This document shows positions 1 through 7,531 of a stretch of DNA of 64,000 nucleotides, in pieces. This stretch comes from Chthoniobacterales bacterium (GTDB lineage Bacteria > Verrucomicrobiota > Verrucomicrobiia > Chthoniobacterales > UBA10450), in NCBI GenBank assembly GCA_038234295.1, contig JBBSUP010000001.1, forward strand, positions 3,493-67,492, read 5' to 3'. Both the position numbers and the translations under genes were made by a program. Position 1 is the stretch's first letter. Every line of letters starts with the position of its first letter. The notes under the pieces were generated by a model that ran no database searches, was not told where the DNA came from, and saw nothing but the letters and a program-made list of their open reading frames with translations.

Positions 1-153
1 CGCCCGCCAGCGACTTCGACTTCCCGCCGCGCGGCTTCCGGTCCATCGCGCTCGCGTGCTATCGAGCAGATATGCGCGCCGCGTTCCGCAAACTCGCGCA
101 CGGTCGCACGCCGGACGCCCCGTGATGACCACGACTTCCGGTTGATCTTTCAT
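1..153 (-). CDS. possible short-chain dehydrogenase/reductase N-terminus, partial (runs off left edge)
   Basis: Minus-strand ATG at 153-151 reads MKDQPEVVVITG. An SDR-like continuation (RATVREFAERGAHICSIARERDGPEAARREVEVAGG) is readable only in a different frame, so frame continuity is unresolved. Only about 50 codons are visible. Confidence 0.3.
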   Translation of the reverse strand, partial: MKDQPEVVVITGRPACDRARVCGTRRAYLLDSTRARWTGSRAAGSRSRWRA

Positions 154-349
154 AAGTCTTGCACTGGCGAAGTTGAGAGTGGGCGAAATAGGTTTTATTC
201 CCGTGGCAAGACGCAATTAATACAGCCATCCTTGGTCGCACGCGCGAAAGGTCTAGGTAGTCACGATCAGGACGCCATTTCTTCTGCCCTCGCCCGTTCG
301 GCGGGGCTCCGGTTCCAATGCTGTTCTCCTCTTTGGAGCCGGGAACCGA

Positions 350-913
350 ATGGAACATTCAAAATTATTCAAAAGCGCGCCGTGCGGCAGCACCAGCTTC
401 GGCGATTTCGTTGAAGAAAATTTTGCGACCGCTTACCGCTTTGCGTTTTGTTTGAGCCTCGCGCACGAGAGCGCGAATCACCTGACCGAATCGGTCTTCG
501 GGCAAGCCCGCGAGGCGAAGGCGAATGGCGCCGATGGTGCAATTGATAAACAATGGCTGCTCGCTGCGCTCCGGCGCGAGTGGAATGGAAGCGACGATTC
601 GCCGGTCGCGACATGTTCAGAAACGCACGCATCGATTGGCGCGGTCGACGTGGCCACGTTGAATCCAGACGTCGTCCTGGAAACACTGCACGGTATGCCC
701 CTCGACCGCCGGCTGGTCTTGAGTTTATTCTACTTCGAACGGCTGAGTTATTTGGAAATCGCGGGAGTCCTCGGGCTCCCTGCGGAAGTTGTTCTGGCGC
801 GCCTCGCGGACGCAAAAATCGAAATGCGTCAGCGATTGGAAATGCGACGCACGCAAAAGCCATTCGCCTTAAAGCCACCCGTGGGCGCGGCGAAAGGCGG
901 ATCGAGTGGATAA
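350..913 (+). CDS. ECF-type RNA polymerase sigma factor
   Basis: 187-aa ORF with a region-2-like FATAYRFAFCL and a region-4 HTH LSLFYFERLSYLEIAGVLGLPAEVVLARLADAKIEMRQRL. TAA stop. The next ORF overlaps its 3' end. Confidence 0.85.
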   Translation: MEHSKLFKSAPCGSTSFGDFVEENFATAYRFAFCLSLAHESANHLTESVFGQAREAKANGADGAIDKQWLLAALRREWNGSDDSPVATCSETHASIGAVDVATLNPDVVLETLHGMPLDRRLVLSLFYFERLSYLEIAGVLGLPAEVVLARLADAKIEMRQRLEMRRTQKPFALKPPVGAAKGGSSG

Positions 914-1127
914 GGTCGCGGCCAAAATGATCCTGCAATCTTTTCGTCGCGGGACCAGCGACGAAGATGATCCCTTTTTTCGCGAAGCGCTAGCCGTATT
1001 ATCGAATGATTCGGCGCTCGCAGAATGGTTCCAGGCGGAGCAGGAATTCGATGCCGTGATGGCAGAAAAATTCGGCGATGTGCCGGTGGAAACCACGGTA
1101 AAAAAGCGACTCCTCAGTAAGGAGTAA
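906..1127 (+). CDS. truncated anti-sigma-factor-like protein (N-terminal domain only)
   Basis: 73 aa, overlapping the sigma gene by 8 nt. It aligns by eye with the first ~75 aa of the anti-sigma at 2367-3116 (shared LA.W...EQE.D and VP...K..IL) but stops at TAA before the position of the transmembrane helix. Confidence 0.5.
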   Translation: MDKVAAKMILQSFRRGTSDEDDPFFREALAVLSNDSALAEWFQAEQEFDAVMAEKFGDVPVETTVKKRLLSKE

Positions 1128-1765
1128 CCACCTGTTGCGACGCCGAGCCGCTCGTTGTAGCCGGGGGCGGTTTCGCATTCTCGAAATTACGGAGCGCAGC
1201 CAGACCGGTTGCTGACATTTGAGCAAGGCGAATCCAGCAGCGAAAAACCGAACGTCCATAAGGATAGCGACCAGACTCTTATTCTTCTCGACTGTGAGCT
1301 GACGGCGGAGATCGATGAGGAAAAGCCTTGCTTGCGGATGGAGATGTCGTGCTCGTCCCTGCGAAAACGCCGCATCGATTTACCAACACCGGCAAGACTC
1401 GCGCGACCACCTTCAGCTTTTACGCGCGACCCGCTTTTCCGCCTAACGAGCAAAGCGACTGATCAGTCCGATAACGGAAATCAACATGCTGGCGTCCCCT
1501 TCACTGTAGGCACCGGCGCCGCGGCGCTAACTTCCACGGGCGGACAACTGCTGCATCCTTCCGAGGTGTAAAGCTCGAGCAGATGGGTTTTTGTGGGCTT
1601 GCTTTCGAGGTCCCATGAAGGCGATCACAACCGGGCTGCCCAGAGCAGCGGCAAGGGAGAGCGCAAACACACTCGGATTGTCCTGCGTCTAAGAGCGGGC
1701 GGGCCGCGCATTATTCAAAACGAAAGGAAATAAGAGCAGCGCGCCATCTCTCAATTAAGCTCGCG

Positions 1766-2374
1766 ATGAAGGCGATTGGTAGAGGTCTATTTCACTCGTA
1801 TCCAGCGCGAGGCGTCGTAGTTTATGTCCCCGTGGCGAAAATCGATTCCGAGCAGTTGGTGGAAGAATTTTATGTGCCGCTTTACCGCTTTGGACTTTCG
1901 CTCAGCCGCAACCAGACGGACGCCCGCGACCTCGTTCAGCAGACCTTCTTCACTTGGGCGACGAAGGGTCATCAACTCCGAGACAGCACTAAAGTGAAGA
2001 CGTGGCTCTTCACCACCCTCTACCGCGATTTTCTCGCGAAGAAGCGGCACGCCGAGCGCTTTATCCAAGCGGAGGAGGCGTTGGATTTTATCGCCCCCAT
2101 GGATGTCGCGCCGTCCGTCGTCGACGCGCTCGATGCAGCGATCGTGCAGAAAGTTTTGCTCGCGCTGGATGACCGCTATCGCGCGCCGGTCACCTTGTTC
2201 TACATGCAGCAACATTCATATCGAGAGATCGCGGAAATCCTCACCATTCCGATCGGCACCGTGATGTCGCGCATCTCACGCGGGAAAGCCGAACTGCGCG
2301 AACGCCTGAGCGATGCGGCCGCGCTGGAGAGTCGAAAGATCGTGGAAATGGGAAGGGAAGAAGCCAATGGATAG
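1766..2374 (+). CDS. ECF-type RNA polymerase sigma factor
   Basis: 202-aa ORF with region 2 YVPLYRFGLSLSRNQTDARDLVQQTF and region-4 HTH VTLFYMQQHSYREIAEILTIPIGTVMSRISRGKAELRERL. TAG stop. The true start may be internal. Confidence 0.85.
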   Translation: MKAIGRGLFHSYPARGVVVYVPVAKIDSEQLVEEFYVPLYRFGLSLSRNQTDARDLVQQTFFTWATKGHQLRDSTKVKTWLFTTLYRDFLAKKRHAERFIQAEEALDFIAPMDVAPSVVDALDAAIVQKVLLALDDRYRAPVTLFYMQQHSYREIAEILTIPIGTVMSRISRGKAELRERLSDAAALESRKIVEMGREEANG

Positions 2375-3116
2375 CCGGGAAGCGCGTTCCATCCTGAGCC
2401 TGCACCGCGCGGGCGAGCCTGACGTGGACGAAGCGCGCCTGCAGGAAGCATTGCGTCAGGCGGAATCAGATCCCGAACTGGCGCGATGGTGGCGCGAGGA
2501 ACAAGAGCTGGATCGCATCATCGCGTCGAAGCTGGCCGCAGTGGAGGTGCCCGCTGGTCTGAAGGCGCAGATCCTATCTGCACGGGTGACACAGCCGCGG
2601 GTGATCCGTCCGAGGTGGAGCCGCGCGGTGCTGGCCGCCGCGGCATTAATTGTCGCTTTGGCGGCTCTTTTCAGTTCGTGGCGTGGACCCTTCCAGCCCG
2701 CCGTTTCGACCGCAGATTATCGCGACGAGATGGTCAGCTTCATCAAAGTGCCGCCGAATCTCGAATTGGAATCTTCCGACCTGGGGCGGCTGAAGGACTT
2801 CCTCGCGCAAGCGAATGCACCGGCACAATTCACCGTGCCGAAAAGACTGCAGAAGTACGAGCCGATCGGCTGTCGTGTGCTGCGGTTCCGCGGTGAAGAC
2901 GTGTCGCTTATTTGCTTTAAGATCGGCGGCGACAACCTCGCCCATTTGTTCGTCACCAATCCGAAAACCGTCCGGACGGGCGGGCGCGCTTCTGCGCCGG
3001 TTTTCGCGACGGAAGAAGGCTGGATGACAGCGACGTGGACGGAAGACGGGCAGGCTTATCTTCTGGCCGTCAAAGGTGATCGCGCGGCATTGGAGAAATT
3101 CCTCGGCACCTCGTGA
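2367..3116 (+). CDS. membrane-spanning anti-sigma factor
   Basis: ATG 2367 overlaps the sigma stop (ATGGATAG). 249 aa with an N-terminal cytoplasmic helical region, one hydrophobic helix (AVLAAAALIVALAALF) and a C-terminal extracytoplasmic domain. The track ORF start at 2313 is an upstream extension. Confidence 0.7.
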   Translation: MDSREARSILSLHRAGEPDVDEARLQEALRQAESDPELARWWREEQELDRIIASKLAAVEVPAGLKAQILSARVTQPRVIRPRWSRAVLAAAALIVALAALFSSWRGPFQPAVSTADYRDEMVSFIKVPPNLELESSDLGRLKDFLAQANAPAQFTVPKRLQKYEPIGCRVLRFRGEDVSLICFKIGGDNLAHLFVTNPKTVRTGGRASAPVFATEEGWMTATWTEDGQAYLLAVKGDRAALEKFLGTS

Positions 3117-3284
3117 TCATCAATTGGACGACAAAAGCGTATGACCACCGTTCATTCTTCTCCGGGGGCGGGGCGCCGTTGCGCAGATTCCCGCGCCGGA
3201 CAACCGCTCCGAGATGGGTCAATCGACGTCCCGTATACAGATGTATACAAATGATTTGAAGAAGTCAGCGAAAGAGAGATTTTC

Positions 3285-3336
3285 CCCTCGTAAATGCCGG
3301 CATAGCTCAGTTGGTAGAGCAGCTGATTTGTAATCA
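3285..3336 (+). repeat. 52-bp direct repeat, left copy (putative attL)
   Basis: CCCTCGTAAATGCCGGCATAGCTCAGTTGGTAGAGCAGCTGATTTGTAATCA is identical at 3285-3336 and 7440-7491. It comprises 11 nt of leader plus the 5' 41 nt of tRNA-Thr. Confidence 0.9.
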
Positions 3337-3368
3337 ATAATTCAGGAGCTCGAGTCTCCTAGCCGGCT
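3296..3368 (+). tRNA. tRNA-Thr(UGU)-like hybrid/degenerate copy
   Basis: The first 41 nt are identical to the tRNA at 7451-7523 (acceptor 5' arm, D-arm, anticodon loop TTTGTAA). The 3' part differs: anticodon stem GCTGA/TCAAT has a C-A mismatch, the T-arm AGGAG-CTCGAGT-CTCCT lacks a TTCGAA-type loop, and the acceptor 3' arm AGCCGGC gives an A-A mismatch. Confidence 0.45.
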
Positions 3369-3468
3369 TTAGCTATCGTTGGCTGTCATTGCAAAACAGC
3401 CGTTTACAAAAAAAACTCGAAATTGAGCTTTTGCTCTGATTGGCTTTCTTTTGCCCCCTTTTCGAGTT

Positions 3469-3494
3469 CGCGTATAGGAATCGCGTATAGGAAT
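3469..3494 (+). promoter_or_regulatory. tandem 13-bp repeat CGCGTATAGGAAT x2 (candidate arm-type recombinase or regulator site)
   Basis: Perfect tandem duplication just inside the left end of the element. A related pair, GCGTATAAGAT x2, lies just inside the right end (7382-7405). Confidence 0.4.
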
Positions 3495-3535
3495 GTCGCG
3501 CGGAGCGGTAGGAAAAGCTGGGGGAAGAATCGAAA

Positions 3536-3826
3536 TCAAAACCGCGTCGTCTCCAGTTTTTCCATGAAATCGTAGATCCGATTGCCGGGCGTTCTCGGTG
3601 GAAACAGTTCCTGCACCGGCACTCTCAGCACCTCCGCGAGATATAGCAGCGTCTTGTCATCGACGTAGGAAAGACGGGCTTCGATTTTGGAGACGCCGCT
3701 GCGGCTGATGTCCAAACCGGCGATCTGCAGTTTCGTAGCGAAGTCGGATTGCGACCAGTCCAGCGCATAACGGCGGCGCCGGACCTGGGGTCCGACATTA
3801 TTTTTGTAGCGCATTTCAGTCCCCAT
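3536..3826 (-). CDS. XRE-family helix-turn-helix transcriptional regulator
   Basis: 96 aa with the HTH DWSQSDFATKLQIAGLDISRSGVSKIEARLSYVDDKTLLYLAEVLRVPVQELF, typical of Cro/CI-type repressors. TGA stop. Confidence 0.85.
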   Translation of the reverse strand: MGTEMRYKNNVGPQVRRRRYALDWSQSDFATKLQIAGLDISRSGVSKIEARLSYVDDKTLLYLAEVLRVPVQELFPPRTPGNRIYDFMEKLETTRF

Positions 3827-3878
3827 GCGTTAGCCGACTTTTGTTTCGGCGGTCTCGAAGCTGACGCGGGAGTCCTTA

Positions 3879-4193
3879 GTGAAGTTGAAGCGGCGCATGA
3901 CACCAAAGGTCATGCTCATGGACAATCGAGCGGCGGTCGAAAAGGTGTTCTTCGGCCCATCGACGCGTAAGGAGCGCTCAAGAATTGGCGGAATATTCGC
4001 CTTTGTCGCCCTTGTCATAGGGCTGGCTGTCATGGGCAGCTCTCGTTTGCCAAAGACAAATTCCGACGGTGCGATCCTCGTGGCTTTGGGCCTGGCTGCG
4101 TTTGTTGTCCTCGGCTATGCAACCGGGAGATTTGTAGCGCGCCTGACTCGTTCGCCGGAACCGCGTTTCTTTCGCTCGTATCAGCATCAGTAA
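3879..4193 (+). CDS. small membrane protein, unknown function
   Basis: 104-aa ORF divergent from the XRE gene with two hydrophobic helices (IGGIFAFVALVIGLAVMG, AILVALGLAAFVVLGYA). No recognisable family. Confidence 0.45.
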   Translation: MKLKRRMTPKVMLMDNRAAVEKVFFGPSTRKERSRIGGIFAFVALVIGLAVMGSSRLPKTNSDGAILVALGLAAFVVLGYATGRFVARLTRSPEPRFFRSYQHQ

Positions 4194-4205
4194 ATTTGCT
4201 CCGCG

Positions 4206-4463
4206 GTGGGAGCGCCGGACCGTCGAGAGGCTTGTACGGTCCTGTCAGTTATGGAAACCGTCGCTATTGCGTTGCAGCCGCAGACCGCCACGAGCGAAAC
4301 AGAGCGTCTCGCTTATTCAGTGCAAGAGTCAGCCGATCTGCTCGGCGTGGATTACTCCAGCGTCTATCGCCTCATTCAGCGCGGTAAACTGCGCGCTTGC
4401 CGTGCGCTCCGCGGAAAGCTGCTCGTGCCACGGTCAGAACTTTTGCGCCTTCTGAAGGACTGA
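4206..4463 (+). CDS. excisionase-family / MerR-like HTH DNA-binding protein
   Basis: The C-terminal SVQESADLLGVDYSSVYRLIQRGKLRACRALRGKLLVPRSELLRLL matches the excisionase-type HTH pattern. An alternative ATG start lies at 4251. Confidence 0.7.
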   Translation: MGAPDRREACTVLSVMETVAIALQPQTATSETERLAYSVQESADLLGVDYSSVYRLIQRGKLRACRALRGKLLVPRSELLRLLKD

Positions 4464-4488
4464 GTTTTTTGCGCATTGATCAGGGAAT

Positions 4489-5358
4489 TCAATGGGCGAC
4501 ATGCCTGTCGAAGTACGCTCCGACCTTTTTGAACTGCGCCTCGATATCTGGGCTGATTCCGCATTCCTCCGCGAGCCGCGCAAACATCGGTCCCCAAAAT
4601 TCTGGCGGTGAAACGAGGCTGGTTGGCAACTCATGCGTCGCGCGGCATTCAAATGTGATTCGAACTGCATTTCGCAGCCGATTGGAATCGAGGCTACCGG
4701 TGTCGATGAGAAGCACGAGATCAATCAGATCTTTGACCCGCGAATTTGGCTGCCCCTCACGAGGAAGTGTGTAGGCGTGTAGTTTCTGCGCAAAGTGCTC
4801 CTCCCGCGCGATCGAGGGAATCGAAGGCGCAGAGATGCCCGCGAAGCCGAGCCAGTCGCGTGGTGCGACGATCTCTGGCGGCTCCTGTTGGGAATCGCCG
4901 ACACCAACGTCCAGATGAAATCTCGCGAAGATGCGGCCGGCGAGAAGCGAATCCACTGGATAGCGCGAACCACCGTAAGGGGCAGCATCCAAGTCCATTA
5001 TTGACTCTCCGATCAGAAAAGTGAAGAAATCGCCGAGATCGTCCGCCGCGGCGGTCTGCATGATTTTCAGAAGAGTCTCGGCCAAAGGCCTCGTCTCTTC
5101 CGTCACAGGCGGGCATGCGAGGCCCAGATCAATATCTTTCGTCGTGCGTGCCGCACGGAATTTCAATTCCAGCGCGTAAGCGCCTTTCAGAATCCAAGGT
5201 GGATTACCCTCGGCGAAAAGGCGCGCGAGGAGACGATCAAATGCGACCTAACGACGAATTCTTTGCAGGTCCACATGCTCCTCCCGTGCGACGGATGCCA
5301 AGCGATCTTCAAGCGCCCGGCGGAACGCAGTGGCGGTGTTGTAGCTGCGAACTTTCAA
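4489..5358 (-). pseudogene. abiEii: AbiEii/DUF1814-type nucleotidyltransferase toxin, interrupted by in-frame TAG
   Basis: The track ORF 4489-5166 starts mid-domain (KFRAARTTKDIDLGL). Extending the same frame upstream gives ..TATAFRRALEDRLASVAREEHVDLQRIRR*VAFDRLLARLFAEGNPPWILKGAYALELKF.. with TAG at 5250-5248. A candidate TTG start at 5358-5356 overlaps the AbiEi stop (TTGA). Confidence 0.7.
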
Positions 5359-5996
5359 GCGGCTTGAAGGGTATCGCGCAGCCACTGGTCGAGACCGGGT
5401 TTATCGAGAGCTGCCGCGATGTCTGTCCGGGTGATCAGTCCGCGGCTTTTCCCTGCTGCGAGGGCTTGCCGAATCATCTCACGACTTGCGTCGCCGGAGG
5501 CCACAGCATCGAGGATGGCTCGCGTCGGAGTGGTAATGTCGAAGCCGCGTTCGTGCAGAATTTCGGCGGGGGCTAGCCGAGCTTTATGAAGCGCGAGGAT
5601 TGGCGGCTGTTCGCCGCTTCGCCGAAACTCCGGCGGCACGATCATGTGAAGCTTCGCTGGATTCGCGTCAGACAGCTCCTTAATGCTAAGCGCGGTGAGG
5701 TGCGAATAGACCCCCTGCGAGACTCCGCCACGGTCGCGAGACCAAAGCCACCAGAGAATGAGCTGGCGCTCGTCGCTCAGCGGAAATCGCGTCAGCCGAT
5801 AGATGCCGCGATGCTCACGGATCCAATTGCCGCTTTGGACATGGTAGCTGTGAGTGCTTCGGGCAAATCCACTATTGATCGCCTCGACCGCCGTGAAATA
5901 ACCCTGCTGACTCTCCGCAATCTCGAATAGTCGTTCGTGGTCGGGTTTTGAAGAAGATGCATGCATGTTCAGGAATCCTGAACAAATATGCATCAT
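5355..5996 (-). CDS. abiEi: AbiEi-type antitoxin / transcriptional regulator
   Basis: The N-terminal winged-helix-like LFEIAESQQGYFTAVEAINSGFARSTHSYHVQSGNWIREHRGIYRL is typical of AbiEi_4. It sits immediately upstream of the AbiEii gene and overlaps it. A probable internal start lies near 5966. Confidence 0.8.
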   Translation of the reverse strand: MMHICSGFLNMHASSSKPDHERLFEIAESQQGYFTAVEAINSGFARSTHSYHVQSGNWIREHRGIYRLTRFPLSDERQLILWWLWSRDRGGVSQGVYSHLTALSIKELSDANPAKLHMIVPPEFRRSGEQPPILALHKARLAPAEILHERGFDITTPTRAILDAVASGDASREMIRQALAAGKSRGLITRTDIAAALDKPGLDQWLRDTLQAA

Positions 5997-6087
5997 CCTC
6001 TTAATCCACGCACTGAGAAACTACAATACGACGCGCAACGGGACATGCCGAAATCCAAGGCAAGCCTTATTGCGGCTCCTATCGCTT

Positions 6088-7347
6088 TCAGACCGCGACA
6101 TTGAAATTCACGCGCCGTGCCTGGGCGAAGCTATGATCCTGTCGCAAATGACCGTACGTTTTCATGCAAAGCGCGCCTCCGTCCTTGTGTCCAAGCCAGC
6201 GCGACACCGTCGGGATATCCACGCCGCTTTCGATACAAATCGTCGCGAATAGGTGGCGTAAATCGTGGTGTGTGATTCGCTTCATTCCGATCTTCTCGGC
6301 CGCGTGGGTCATGCTGTTCTGACATTCGAAAACGCGCATGACGGTGGCGCTTAATGGCTCATCCGGTCGCTCTTGCCGCAACTGTGTCAGCATCTCGTCC
6401 AACTGGTCAATCATGGGGATATGACGCGTTTCTCCGTTCTTCGTTGCCGTCTCAGGATCGCCCCGTACGTGGAGCTCGCGACGGCTGAAATTTACATCGG
6501 CCCAGGTGACGAACCCGGCCTCGCCAATGCGCACACCGCTGTAGGCGAGAAATCGCACCAGGTTTGCGCAATCCTTCGACTGACGCGCACCGGCCGTACG
6601 AATCTCCTCAACGAACTTCAAGAAGTTCTCACGTGATGGCAGCTCGAGGCGCTTCGCTCGCACCCTCACGCGCGAAAGCTCAGCAGCGGGATTGTCGAAG
6701 CGTGCGCCGGCCCTGATCGCCTCATCGAAGATTCCGCGTAACGTCCCGATGCTGTTGTTGACCACGGTCGGCGCGTATCGTTGCTGGTAGCGCAGGAGCC
6801 AATTCTCGCAATCCCGCTCAGTCACCTTCCGCACATCTGTCTGCATCAGCGCCGGCCAGGAGCGCCGGATGAAGTCGATCATCATCTCACGGTAATCCTT
6901 CGAACGTGGCTTCAGCGAGACGTTCGCCTTGACCTTCTCAAGGTAAACCGCCGTCGCATCGCCCACGTTCATCTTGCCGTTGGCGAACGCGGTCACCGAT
7001 TGAGCCTTTGCGCGATGCTCGCGCATCATGTCCGACAGCCGCTGTCTTGCGACCGAAAAGACGGTCGTCTTCAGGCTTTTCCAAACGAGTTTCTTACCGA
7101 CTCGAAAACGTGCGAAGTATGTACCCGATGTGCGATATCGCGTCAGGTTCTGGATCGGAGTTGCTTCCCAATCGCTTTCGTTCGGCGTGTTCACAAGACG
7201 GCCGCGCGGCGTTACGCCGCGCATTACCGCCACGCATACTGAGCCCTCCGCCAGATCTGGCCGCTCCAGCAGCGGAGCGAATCTGTCGCGGAGTCGGGAA
7301 AAGTACTCGGACGCCGAAGGGCGCGCCCTCATTCCGGTCAATTGCAA
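6088..7347 (-). CDS. int: tyrosine-type site-specific recombinase/integrase
   Basis: 419 aa. The catalytic region contains AYSGVRIGE (Arg), HDLRHLFAT (His-x-x-Arg) and GHKDGGALCMKTYGHL (Tyr). Its start lies about 100 nt from the intact tRNA-Thr. Confidence 0.9.
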   Translation of the reverse strand: MQLTGMRARPSASEYFSRLRDRFAPLLERPDLAEGSVCVAVMRGVTPRGRLVNTPNESDWEATPIQNLTRYRTSGTYFARFRVGKKLVWKSLKTTVFSVARQRLSDMMREHRAKAQSVTAFANGKMNVGDATAVYLEKVKANVSLKPRSKDYREMMIDFIRRSWPALMQTDVRKVTERDCENWLLRYQQRYAPTVVNNSIGTLRGIFDEAIRAGARFDNPAAELSRVRVRAKRLELPSRENFLKFVEEIRTAGARQSKDCANLVRFLAYSGVRIGEAGFVTWADVNFSRRELHVRGDPETATKNGETRHIPMIDQLDEMLTQLRQERPDEPLSATVMRVFECQNSMTHAAEKIGMKRITHHDLRHLFATICIESGVDIPTVSRWLGHKDGGALCMKTYGHLRQDHSFAQARRVNFNVAV

Positions 7348-7381
7348 CGCGGTGTCGACGAAACGCGTGCGTTTCTCGACA

Positions 7382-7405
7382 GCGTATAAGATTGGCGTAT
7401 AAGAT
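7382..7405 (+). promoter_or_regulatory. direct repeat GCGTATAAGAT (7382-7392 and 7395-7405), candidate arm-type site
   Basis: Two copies separated by 2 nt between the integrase start and the right-end repeat. The core GCGTATA(A/G)GA is shared with the left-end pair at 3469-3494. Confidence 0.4.
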
Positions 7406-7439
7406 GTGGTCTTTTGAGGGCGAAATGGGCTTCATTTTT

Positions 7440-7491
7440 CCCTCGTAAATGCCGGCATAGCTCAGTTGGTAGAGCAGCTGATTTGTAATCA
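7440..7491 (+). repeat. 52-bp direct repeat, right copy (putative attR)
   Basis: Identical to 3285-3336. Confidence 0.9.
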
Positions 7492-7523
7492 GCAGGTCAT
7501 CGGTTCGAACCCGATTGCCGGCT
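7451..7523 (+). tRNA. tRNA-Thr (anticodon UGU)
   Basis: 73 nt folding as a cloverleaf: acceptor GCCGGCA/TGCCGGC, D-arm GCTC-AGTTGGTA-GAGC, anticodon arm GCTGA-TTTGTAA-TCAGC, variable loop AGGTC, T-arm ATCGG-TTCGAAC-CCGAT. Confidence 0.9.
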
Positions 7524-7531
7524 CTCTGCCG

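Larger units (their letters stand above)
3285..7491. mobile_element. ~4.2-kb tRNA-Thr-associated integrative element (integrase, excisionase-like, XRE, AbiE cargo)
   Basis: It is bounded by perfect 52-bp direct repeats that include the tRNA 5' half. A tyrosine integrase gene abuts the intact tRNA, and an excisionase-type HTH gene is present. No copy of the 9-mer GCCTAACGA that is abundant in flanking DNA occurs inside. Confidence 0.75.

Noticed and set aside
1128-1765. ORFs 1209-1571 (+) and 1187-1453 (-) between the two sigma modules. The minus-strand one contains a P-loop-like GVGKS.
   Set aside because: No supporting motifs exist beyond five residues, and the composition looks non-coding. 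I left the region unannotated as a possibly decayed sequence.
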